Shown one piece after another: positions 22,833 to 30,756 of a stretch of DNA of 32,000 nucleotides (position 1 is the stretch's first letter; each line of letters begins with the position of its first letter). Source of the DNA: an uncultured Chloroflexia bacterium (GTDB lineage Bacteria; Chloroflexota; Anaerolineae; Anaerolineales; Anaerolineaceae). The DNA lies in the NCBI GenBank assembly GCA_963704755.1, contig OY969938.1:3300001-3332000 (forward strand). The letters run 5' to 3'. The position numbers and the translations under genes are program-made. The notes under the pieces are model-generated. The model was not told the origin of the DNA and did not search any database. It saw only the letters and a list, made by a program, of their open reading frames with translations.

Positions 22833-25498
22833 ACATCCTGACCACGTATACCCTGAAGTACCTGCGCCTGAACAGGAAGCGCACCGCGGTGACCATCCTG
22901 GGGGTGGTCCTGTCCGCCGCCCTGATCTGCGGGGTGCTCCTGCTGGGGGGCAGCTTCCAGAAGGTGATGATCGACCACGAGATCTACATGTCGGGGAACT
23001 GGCACGCCCAGTTCCACGCCGTGCCCTACGAAAAGGCGAAATATATCACCGACAACAGCGCCGTCCAAACGGCGATGCTCAGCACATGGCTCGGAAACGC
23101 CACTTATGGCAGCCACAACACCGCCCGGCCTTACCTGTACGTCACCGCCTATGACGCGACTTCTTTCCAAAACTACCCCATCCGGCTGGTATCTGGACGC
23201 CTTCCCCAAAACGGGAATGAGCTGCTCGTTTCGCAGACGATGATTCGGGACTCTGGCTTGGACTTGAAACCTGGCGCTACCTTGCAACTGACGTTTGGCC
23301 AGCGAAATTTCCCCGACTACGATGGGCGCGTCAAGGCCTGGGGCGGAGAAGAGTACGTCGCTCTGCAAGATGGAGAAACCTTTACCCCGTCCGGTTCAAA
23401 AAACTACACAGTGGTCGGCGTGATGAAGTCTTCGTCCGATGAGACCAGCATGCCCGCGGATTTCCCGGCTTTCACATCCCTCGACCCGGCTCAATTGGCA
23501 GCCACAGACACAGTGGACATCGCCATCCTGGCCCGCGATCCACGCAGCATTTCCACCAGCGCGCCGGCGATGGCGAAGAGCGCCGGGTTGGAGGTGACCC
23601 CCGGCCCGGACGGCAAGCCTGAAAACATCACCTACAATGAGGACCTGCTGCCCTGGCTGGGCGCCAGCGGCCGTTCCAACTACGTGGCCTTCTTCCTGGC
23701 GACCATCGCCGTGGTTATCGCCCTGATCATGTGCGGCTCGGTATTGCTGATCTACAACGCTTTCGCCATCTCGATCGGCGAGCGCAAGAAGCAGTTCGGT
23801 ATGTTTGCCAGTGTGGGCGCCACCGCCGCGCAGATCCGCCGCATCGTGCTGACCGAAGCAGGAGTTATCGCGGCCATTGGCATCCCGCTGGGCATTCTGG
23901 GTGCCATCGCCGGGGTGGAGATCCTGGCGGCGCTCACCCAGGGGATCGTCTCTCAGTTGATCCTGGACGCGCAGCAGGGGCTGACGTTGGTGGCCTCGCC
24001 GTTGGTTTTCGGTGTGACCGTGCTGTTTTCCGCGGCGACCATCTTGCTCTCGGCCTGGATCCCCGCCCGGCGCGCTTCGCGGGTTTCGCCCATCGAGGCC
24101 ATCCGCCAGAGCGGCGAGATCCAGGAGGGCAAACCACACAATCTGCGCACCAGCCCGCTCATCCGGCGGGTGTTTGGGTTCGAGGGCGAGCTGGCGCTCA
24201 AATCCCTCCAGCGCGACCGCAAACGGTACCTGACCACCTTACTCTCGCTCATGATTAGCATCATCTTGTTCGTTGCCTTCAACGCGCTGATGCTGTATAC
24301 CAACACCACTACCAGCATGGCTAACAAAGCGATGAACTTCGACCTGATAATTTCCCTGGACTACCGCCAAAGCCACGCTCTGGATTTTGCCGACATGGCC
24401 AGCCAACTGCCAGAAGTGCAGAGGGTTGCCTATAGGCGCTGCACCTACGAGCAGTACGCCCCTCCCCGTGCGGTGATCACCGACCCGGCTAACCAGGCCC
24501 TGCAAGAGCTGAATAACCTTAAAATTGAAAATATCCCCTCCCCAGTAGCAGGCGGTACATACCAGTTTGTGCTTCAAGTGTGTGCAGTGGGGCCGTCCGA
24601 GTTTGCTCACTACGCCGCGCAGCTCGGTCTGGACCCCCAACAGTATTCCGATCCATCCGCGCCGCTGGGGATCCTGATCAACCACACCACCCTGCGCCAG
24701 GGTGGCAAGCTGTATGATTTCGACGTGTTCAACCTTAAGCCGGGCGATACGATGACTGTCTCCAAGATGTCTGGCTACTCCACCCCCCAAACTGGTAATG
24801 AAACACCGGCCAGCCTGACGTGGAGGGTGGGCGCGGTTACCCAAGAGTTCCCTTTGGGTTTTCTGGGGGCAACGCTGGTTCCGAATTTGATCGTCTCGGA
24901 CGCCGTCTTCGATGGTTTGAGCGACCAACTGTTGCAGTTAGGCCCGAGCAATCCCGGCGCCATGTACATCCAGAGCAGGACCCCGGACGCAGCTGTGGCA
25001 GCCCTCCAACGGCTCTACCAGGCTACGGTCGGGGGCGACTTCTCGTACAATTCGACGGCTGAGATGAATAAGAACCGAAACCTGCAGGCGCTGATGACCA
25101 ACCTGTTTTTTTACGGGTTCCTGGCGTTGATCACGCTGATCGGGGTGACCAACATCATCAACACCCTGGATTCCAACATCAAGCTGCGCCGGCGCGAGAT
25201 CGCCATGCTCAAATCCGTTGGGCTGACGCCGGGCGGCTTTCGGTCCATGCTGCGCTACGAGAGCCTGTTCTACGGGCTGACCGCGCTGCTGTATGGTCTT
25301 CCGCTGGGGATTGCTGTGAGCGTGGTCATCTACTTCCAGTTCGGCGGGGTGAGTAGCTTTTCCTTCAGCCTGCCCTGGGGAGCGATCGCGGCTTGCATCG
25401 CCGGCGTTCTGGCGATTGTCTTCACCACCATGATGATTTCGGGTGCGATGATTCGCAACGACAACATCGTAAATACGATCAAAGAAGAAAATTTGTAG
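22829..25498 (+). CDS. FtsX-family ABC permease with two FtsX modules and two large extracytoplasmic domains
   Basis: ATG 22829 overlaps the ATPase stop (ATGA). N-terminal [33 protein letters not shown], with FtsX-type helix bundles near aa 290-420 and 780-889. Confidence 0.85.
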   Translation: MNILTTYTLKYLRLNRKRTAVTILGVVLSAALICGVLLLGGSFQKVMIDHEIYMSGNWHAQFHAVPYEKAKYITDNSAVQTAMLSTWLGNATYGSHNTARPYLYVTAYDATSFQNYPIRLVSGRLPQNGNELLVSQTMIRDSGLDLKPGATLQLTFGQRNFPDYDGRVKAWGGEEYVALQDGETFTPSGSKNYTVVGVMKSSSDETSMPADFPAFTSLDPAQLAATDTVDIAILARDPRSISTSAPAMAKSAGLEVTPGPDGKPENITYNEDLLPWLGASGRSNYVAFFLATIAVVIALIMCGSVLLIYNAFAISIGERKKQFGMFASVGATAAQIRRIVLTEAGVIAAIGIPLGILGAIAGVEILAALTQGIVSQLILDAQQGLTLVASPLVFGVTVLFSAATILLSAWIPARRASRVSPIEAIRQSGEIQEGKPHNLRTSPLIRRVFGFEGELALKSLQRDRKRYLTTLLSLMISIILFVAFNALMLYTNTTTSMANKAMNFDLIISLDYRQSHALDFADMASQLPEVQRVAYRRCTYEQYAPPRAVITDPANQALQELNNLKIENIPSPVAGGTYQFVLQVCAVGPSEFAHYAAQLGLDPQQYSDPSAPLGILINHTTLRQGGKLYDFDVFNLKPGDTMTVSKMSGYSTPQTGNETPASLTWRVGAVTQEFPLGFLGATLVPNLIVSDAVFDGLSDQLLQLGPSNPGAMYIQSRTPDAAVAALQRLYQATVGGDFSYNSTAEMNKNRNLQALMTNLFFYGFLALITLIGVTNIINTLDSNIKLRRREIAMLKSVGLTPGGFRSMLRYESLFYGLTALLYGLPLGIAVSVVIYFQFGGVSSFSFSLPWGAIAACIAGVLAIVFTTMMISGAMIRNDNIVNTIKEENL

Positions 25499-25509
25499 AG
25501 GAAATCGGA

Positions 25510-25995
25510 ATGTCAAAGAAACTTTGTCTTATTCTGTCCGTGATGTTAACGGCTACTATGGTTCTCACCGCCTGCGCGCCCTCGCAGCGTAGCGAAGGGG
25601 GCACGCCTGTGGCACCGACCGCTGCGCCGGCTGTCACACAACCAACAACCGCTCCGGCTACCCTCATAGAGCCTTCGGCAACCACAGCAGCGGCTGCCAC
25701 AGAACCAACGACCGCTCCGGGTGAAATTCCCCAAAGCGGAGATCTCTGCGGTGGCACCGGCGGCAACGGACAGGTTATCCGTGTGGGAGACAATGAATTT
25801 ACAATGAAACGAAACGACGACGGCAGTGATCAGGTAGTCCACCTTTCGGGCCGGGCAACGATCAAAACTTCAGCAGGTACCGCATCGCTATCCGATTTAA
25901 AAATAGGATACGCGGTAACGCTCGTCGGAGGCCCAAATCCTGATGGCAGTTTTACCGCAGATACTGTCGTGGTCTGCAATGGAATTGTTCCATAA
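25510..25995 (+). CDS. lipoprotein with a Thr/Ala/Pro-rich linker and a small beta-rich C-terminal domain
   Basis: MSKKLCLILSVMLTATMVLTAC has a lipobox (LTAC). Start at ATG 25510, 11 nt after the permease stop. Function unknown. Confidence 0.65.
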   Translation: MSKKLCLILSVMLTATMVLTACAPSQRSEGGTPVAPTAAPAVTQPTTAPATLIEPSATTAAAATEPTTAPGEIPQSGDLCGGTGGNGQVIRVGDNEFTMKRNDDGSDQVVHLSGRATIKTSAGTASLSDLKIGYAVTLVGGPNPDGSFTADTVVVCNGIVP

Positions 25996-26058
25996 ACTCA
26001 GTCGGGGCAGTGAAACGGTTCTCATCCCGAAGCCCAGTCGGCGCTACCCTCAAGCCCA

Positions 26059-26268
26059 ATGAAGAACGTGGACGTCGCCGTCTACAACTACCTGAAGACG
26101 GTTGCTGATGGCTCTTTCCGGGCCGGCATTAGCACCGGCGCCTTGCAAAACGGCGGCGTCGGTCTGGCTCCCTTCTATGATTGGAACAGTGAGATCCCAA
26201 CCGATTTGAAAGCCCAGATCGAGAAGGCCAGTGACGGGATCAAGGATGGTTCCATAAAGACTCAGTGA
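26059..26268 (+). pseudogene. C-terminal remnant of a BMP-family (PnrA/Med-like) ABC substrate-binding lipoprotein
   Basis: MKNVDVAVYNYLKTVADGSFRAGISTGALQNGGVGLAPFYDW..IKDGSIK matches only the last ~70 aa of roughly 350-aa BMP proteins. No upstream continuation in frame. Confidence 0.5.
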
Positions 26269-26290
26269 AGTAAAATACCTGCTGATGATC

Positions 26291-26326
26291 GGGTGCTGTG
26301 CTCAACAGGGTACAGCACCCTTTTTT
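26291..26326 (+). terminator. rho-independent terminator
   Basis: GGGTGCTGT (26291-26299) pairs with ACAGCACCC (26312-26320), followed by TTTTTT. Confidence 0.6.
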
Positions 26327-26395
26327 ATACCATCTCCCCCAATGTTGATTACATACTGCAAGAAAGCGCCTCTATTTTCAACCATCGAACACTCT

Positions 26396-27010
26396 CTAGG
26401 CGCTCGCGCCGTAGCGTAGCCCATCAATGAGTAGGGCGACCATGCGCCGTGCACGATCGGGGTCCTCGTCGAGGGCCTGCGTACAAAGGCCCGGGACTGC
26501 ACTCAGCAGGTCGTCCGCATAGACATCGGCACGCACCGCGCCTGCTGCGATCGCTGCGTCCAGCAGTGTTCGAAACGCTGGCAGGAGTCGTTTTTGGAAG
26601 TAGGCGGGCAAGGTGTCGAAGGCGGGGTTTCCCGAGTGCAGTGCCGTCGCCAACCCGCGCTTGGTTGCAATAAAGGCAGCGTATCGCTGCATCCATCTCG
26701 CGAGCGCCTCGCCGGGCTCGTGCTCGGCAGCCAGGCTTGCTGCGGCGTCTGCGCAGGCATCGACTTCGTGACGGAACACGGCAGCGACGAGGTCAGAACG
26801 CTGAGGAAAGTGGCGATAAAGGGTGCCGATACCGACGCCGGCCTTCTCGGCTATCTCACGGACCGGAGCGTCCACTCCAGAAGTCGTGAACACTGCCAGG
26901 GCCGCCTGAAGCAGCGCCTCACCGTTGCGCTGCGCGTCGGCCCGTATCCGTCGATCCATGCTGCCCCGAGGGTCCAGGCTATCATCCTGTTCTTCCGGTT
27001 TGTCGTTCAT
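26396..27010 (-). CDS. TetR/AcrR family transcriptional regulator
   Basis: Start at ATG 27010 (GGAGG upstream). HTH REIAEKAGVGIGTLYRHFPQRSDLV. Confidence 0.85.
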   Translation of the reverse strand: MNDKPEEQDDSLDPRGSMDRRIRADAQRNGEALLQAALAVFTTSGVDAPVREIAEKAGVGIGTLYRHFPQRSDLVAAVFRHEVDACADAAASLAAEHEPGEALARWMQRYAAFIATKRGLATALHSGNPAFDTLPAYFQKRLLPAFRTLLDAAIAAGAVRADVYADDLLSAVPGLCTQALDEDPDRARRMVALLIDGLRYGASA

Positions 27011-27021
27011 CCTACCTCCGC

Positions 27022-27067
27022 TTGACAAGCGGAACACCGTTCCGTATAATACGGAATGTAGTTCCGT
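27022..27067 (+). promoter_or_regulatory. consensus sigma70-type promoter with two overlapping palindromic operators
   Basis: TTGACA (27022-27027), 17-nt spacer, TATAAT (27045-27050). Palindromes CGGAAC-ACC-GTTCCG (27030-27044) and ACGGAA-TGTAG-TTCCGT (27051-27067) share a CGGAA half-site. Confidence 0.55.
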
Positions 27068-27343
27068 TTAATCTATATTAACACAGTATGGCCGTGTTGA
27101 CCATAGTTCGATGGACAAAAGGAGATTACCGTGCAATAAGCGCATACTTACCGGGTGATGCCGCCTGGAACCGGTGTTGGACTGAACGAGGCGGCCTACA
27201 ACCACCCGCGGTTGCGATGGTGGAACTGAGCTGCCGGCCAATCGCAGACCATGCTGCTGTGTAAGGCATTTCCATTTTGGCAATCTGGGGAAGCAGGATG
27301 GTGCCGACCACGCATAATTATTAATGCAAAAAAGGATATTTCT

Positions 27344-28102
27344 ATGAATGACAAACCTGTCGCCCTGGTCACCGGGGCAAATCAAGGAATCGGTCTTCAG
27401 ATTGCAAAGGACCTCGCGACACACGGCTTCACAGTGCTCGTCGGGTCACGCAATTTCGAGAAAGGGGAGACAGCCGCGAAGAGCATTGGAGCGTCAGCCC
27501 ACGCCGTGCAGCTCGACGTAACGGATCAGGCTTCAATCACCGCTGCGGCGGAGCGTATCCGCAAGGAGTTTGGCCGCCTCGATGTGCTCGTCAACAACGC
27601 GGCGATCTCGAATACGAATAAGTTACCCCATATGTCTGTCGAGGAGCACGTCAGGTTGTCCCGCCCAAGCAACGTATCCCTCGATGAGGTGCGGGCGATA
27701 TTCGAGACCAACGTATTCGGCGTCCTCGTCGTTACCCAGGCGCTGCTGCCGATCCTGCGCGAAGCGCCGGCAGCCCGCATCGTTAATGTATCCAGTGGTG
27801 CTGGCTCGCTGGCACTAAATGCGGACCCGGCCTACCCCGGGCGTTCGATCTTCGGTCCTGGCTACTCTGCATCCAAGACGGCTCTTAACGCCATGACGCT
27901 CTCTATGGCGATCGAGCTGGAGCCAGAAGGAATCAAGGTCAACGCCGTCTCTCCGGGCTTCATCAAAACCAACCTCAACAACTATGCTGGTACGGGAACT
28001 GTCGAGGAAGGCTCCCGCGAAGTCGTGCGCCTTGTGCTGCTCGGCCGAGACGGCCCGACAGGCACTTTTACGCGCTGGGAAAACGAAACAATCCCGTGGT
28101 GA
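27344..28102 (+). CDS. SDR family oxidoreductase
   Basis: Start at ATG 27344 (AAGGA SD). TGANQGIG cofactor motif, NNAA, and YSASKTAL catalytic motif. Confidence 0.9.
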   Translation: MNDKPVALVTGANQGIGLQIAKDLATHGFTVLVGSRNFEKGETAAKSIGASAHAVQLDVTDQASITAAAERIRKEFGRLDVLVNNAAISNTNKLPHMSVEEHVRLSRPSNVSLDEVRAIFETNVFGVLVVTQALLPILREAPAARIVNVSSGAGSLALNADPAYPGRSIFGPGYSASKTALNAMTLSMAIELEPEGIKVNAVSPGFIKTNLNNYAGTGTVEEGSREVVRLVLLGRDGPTGTFTRWENETIPW

Positions 28103-28122
28103 TATAGTCGCAGCGTGTGATC

Positions 28123-28166
28123 GAAGCGGTTGCGGTCAAAAATCGACCGCACCGCTTTTCTCTTTG
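28123..28166 (+). terminator. rho-independent terminator
   Basis: GAAGCGGTTGCGGTC / GACCGCACCGCTT stem (one bulge), followed by TTTTCTCTTT. Confidence 0.6.
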
Positions 28167-28417
28167 AAAATTATTTTCCCCATATCTTAATTTATACTGC
28201 AAAAAGCGCCTTCCATTTGTTGGAAAGCCCCTCAATTTTAGCGACTTAAAATCGATCGGACCTTGTACCGATAAATTTGGTTTAACGAATTCTTGAGTGG
28301 CTATCGCGTTATGAGGTTGAATGAGCGAATTTTTTTCCTTTGAATTATTGGTAATATGATTATCATAAAAGTTGATATAAAAATTCTCCTTTTGAGACAA
28401 AGGAATTTAGCCGCATT

Positions 28418-29093
28418 ATGGATCAATTTACTGGATTGAGCAACCGTGAAAGGGAAGTGGTAAAACTTTTACTGGAAGGAAAAAGCAATAAACTAATTGC
28501 TTCATCCCTTCATATTACCGAAAACACAGTTGAATTTCATTTGAAAAACATATATTCCAAGTATAAAGTAAGCTCCAGAACGGAATTGATTGTAAAACTA
28601 GGGAATTCCGTAGTTGCGGACAAGGGAGGAATTGCCGAGAATGGGGACAGGCTAAATTTATGGAATTGGGCTACACCTTTGAGGGAAGCAGTCTCTAGAA
28701 TCTACAAGGAGTTAAAAATGGAAGAGGCTTTGAATTCAACCGCCCATAATGGAGCAAATCCTATGACATTCTACGAATCAATTCGCATATGTCTCAAAAA
28801 GTACGCGGATTTTACTGGAAGAGCGTCGCGGCCGGAGTTCTGGTGGTTTATGCTGTTCATTATACTGGTTGCCTCGGCGTTAGTGTACGTGAGCCAGACT
28901 TTGGGTAGCATATTCCTGATTGCTACCCTGCTGCCTCTATTGGCAGCGGGGACGCGTCGACTTTAAGGATAGCGGCAAGAGCCCATGGTGGCAATTGTTC
29001 CTGCTGGCTCCGGTTGGTGGTATCGTATTGTTAGGGATTTTGTGGGCACAGCCGACCACGAGCCCTCAACCTGACGATACGCTTCCGGCGTGA
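28418..29093 (+). pseudogene. LuxR-type HTH fused to a DUF805 membrane domain; frameshifted near 28962-28964
   Basis: N-terminal LSNREREVVKLLLEGKSNKLIASSLHITENTVEFHLKNIYSKYKV. C-terminal FTGRASRPEFWWFMLF...AAGTRRL* continues in the +1 frame as KDSGKSPWWQLFLLAPVGGIVLLGILW. Together this gives the DUF805 RRLxDxGxSxWW motif. Confidence 0.6.
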
Positions 29094-29259
29094 TGGATCC
29101 GATTGCGTCCAGAACTTATACCGATAGTTTTGATTTAATATTTATTTTTGGGCGATTGTTGTCTGATATAGTATTTTGCATCCGTTTATTCGCAAAGAAC
29201 CCTTCGAGGAAGAATTTCCATATTGAATCGGTGTGGGTTTCAATGGCCGGACTCAGGGA

Positions 29260-29850
29260 TTATCCTTTGTGCAACTCTTTATAACGATAACAAGAAACAA
29301 CATGGTCGTTTACCATCCCGGCAGCTTGCATGAAAGCATACAAGATCGTGCTGCCGCAGAACTTAAATCCGCGCGCAATCATATCTTTGCTCATGGCATC
29401 GGAAATCGAGCTGGTGGCCGGAATTTGGGATAGGGTTTGCCAGCTATTCTGGACGGTTACCCCACCGGTGAATCCCCATAAATAGGCATCCAAAGTACTA
29501 AATTCCTGCTGGATCTCCAGGACGCGGTTGGCGTTCTGAATAATGGCGTTAATTTTGGCTTTGTTGCGGACGATTCCAGCGTTGGCGAGCAGCTCCTGAA
29601 TTTTGGTGTCGTTGTAGCCGGCAACCCGTTCGATCTCGAAATTGTCGAATGCCTGGCGGAAATTCTCCCGCTTACGCAAAATGGTATTCCAACTCAGTCC
29701 GGCCTGCATCCCGTCCAACGCCAGGAATTCAAACAACATCCGGTCACCATGCAGCGGTTCTCCCCACTCTTCGTCATGATAGCGGGTCAGAAGGGCATCG
29801 TTTAGATTCCACTCACAACGGGTCAGCGATCGGTCGATGATATATTCCAT
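29260..29850 (-). CDS. tag: DNA-3-methyladenine glycosylase I
   Basis: RCEWNLNDALLTRYHDEEWGEPLHGDRMLFEFLALDGMQAGLSWNTILRKRENFRQAFDNF is the hallmark Tag N-terminal region. Confidence 0.85.
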   Translation of the reverse strand: MEYIIDRSLTRCEWNLNDALLTRYHDEEWGEPLHGDRMLFEFLALDGMQAGLSWNTILRKRENFRQAFDNFEIERVAGYNDTKIQELLANAGIVRNKAKINAIIQNANRVLEIQQEFSTLDAYLWGFTGGVTVQNSWQTLSQIPATSSISDAMSKDMIARGFKFCGSTILYAFMQAAGMVNDHVVSCYRYKELHKG

Positions 29851-30080
29851 AGGTTTATTTTACCGTAGGCCTGAAAAAAGTAAGCCGGATGGGGTTAAAA
29901 GCAAAGCGCCCTCCATCTCTGAAGAGCGCTTCAATTTTCTAAGGATTTTCTCTACCGCACCACCGGATGGAACTTATACCCGTATAGCTTATTTAACGAA
30001 TTTTTGGGTGGTTATTACTGTATAAAAGAGGTGGAATCTCCGCAGGCACCCTTCGGGAAAAACGAACCCACCTTACAGAC

Positions 30081-30737
30081 TTAATTATATTGTAGAACCG
30101 CAACTCCCGGGAATTCTTTGATATTTGATACATTAACATCTAGCTCCTTATAATTCTTTGCGTCTTTTTTTGAAACGGTTATAAATGGTTCGACCTTTTC
30201 AAATATGAATCCGAGAATTCCCATCGCTTTCGTCCTGTAGTGCATCGGTATCACGACCGCCGGATTGAGCTGATTCATGACTTCCGCTGCGCCGCTGGCA
30301 TCCAGTGTGGCGCCCCCTCCTATAGGAATAAGCAGTATATCCACTTTTCCAATTTCACTAATCTGTTCAAGACTCAACTGATGTCCCAGATCGCCGCAAT
30401 GGCAGACATTTAATCCGTCTATCCTGAAATTATAGACGATATTTTTACCTCTTTTTTTCCCGGAAACATCATCATGAAAGGTCGGCACACCTTTAATCTC
30501 GATGCCTTCCTGCGAAAATTCCCCTGGGTCTTTGATATGCACAAAGTCCCCCTTAACCGCGCCGACATTGTTATGATCGCCGTGACCGTGACTGACTGTG
30601 ACGATGTGCGCGTCAATCTCCGGCAGTTTAAAGCCGGCCATAGCGCCAAACATATTGGAATACGGGTCCGTGACGATCTTAGTGCCGTTTTCAGCGGTGA
30701 GCATGAAACACGATTGACCAAACCATTGTATTTTCAT
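30081..30737 (-). CDS. MBL-fold metal-dependent hydrolase (UPF0173-like)
   Basis: MKIQWFGQSCFMLT...VTVSHGHGDHNN metal-binding motif. 218 aa. Confidence 0.8.
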   Translation of the reverse strand: MKIQWFGQSCFMLTAENGTKIVTDPYSNMFGAMAGFKLPEIDAHIVTVSHGHGDHNNVGAVKGDFVHIKDPGEFSQEGIEIKGVPTFHDDVSGKKRGKNIVYNFRIDGLNVCHCGDLGHQLSLEQISEIGKVDILLIPIGGGATLDASGAAEVMNQLNPAVVIPMHYRTKAMGILGFIFEKVEPFITVSKKDAKNYKELDVNVSNIKEFPGVAVLQYN

Positions 30738-30756
30738 ATGTATCTCCTTTCATTTA

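Noticed and set aside
27088-27264. 58-codon ORF in the SDR leader (MAVLTIVRWTKGDYRAISAYLPGDAAWN...)
   Set aside because: There is no ribosome-binding site and no recognisable family. It is kept only as a note in the leader finding.
28068-28400. 110-aa minus-strand ORF between the SDR and LuxR-DUF805 genes
   Set aside because: It overlaps the SDR 3' end and its terminator, is AT-rich and low in complexity (NFYINFYDNHITNNSKEKN), and has no SD or family resemblance.
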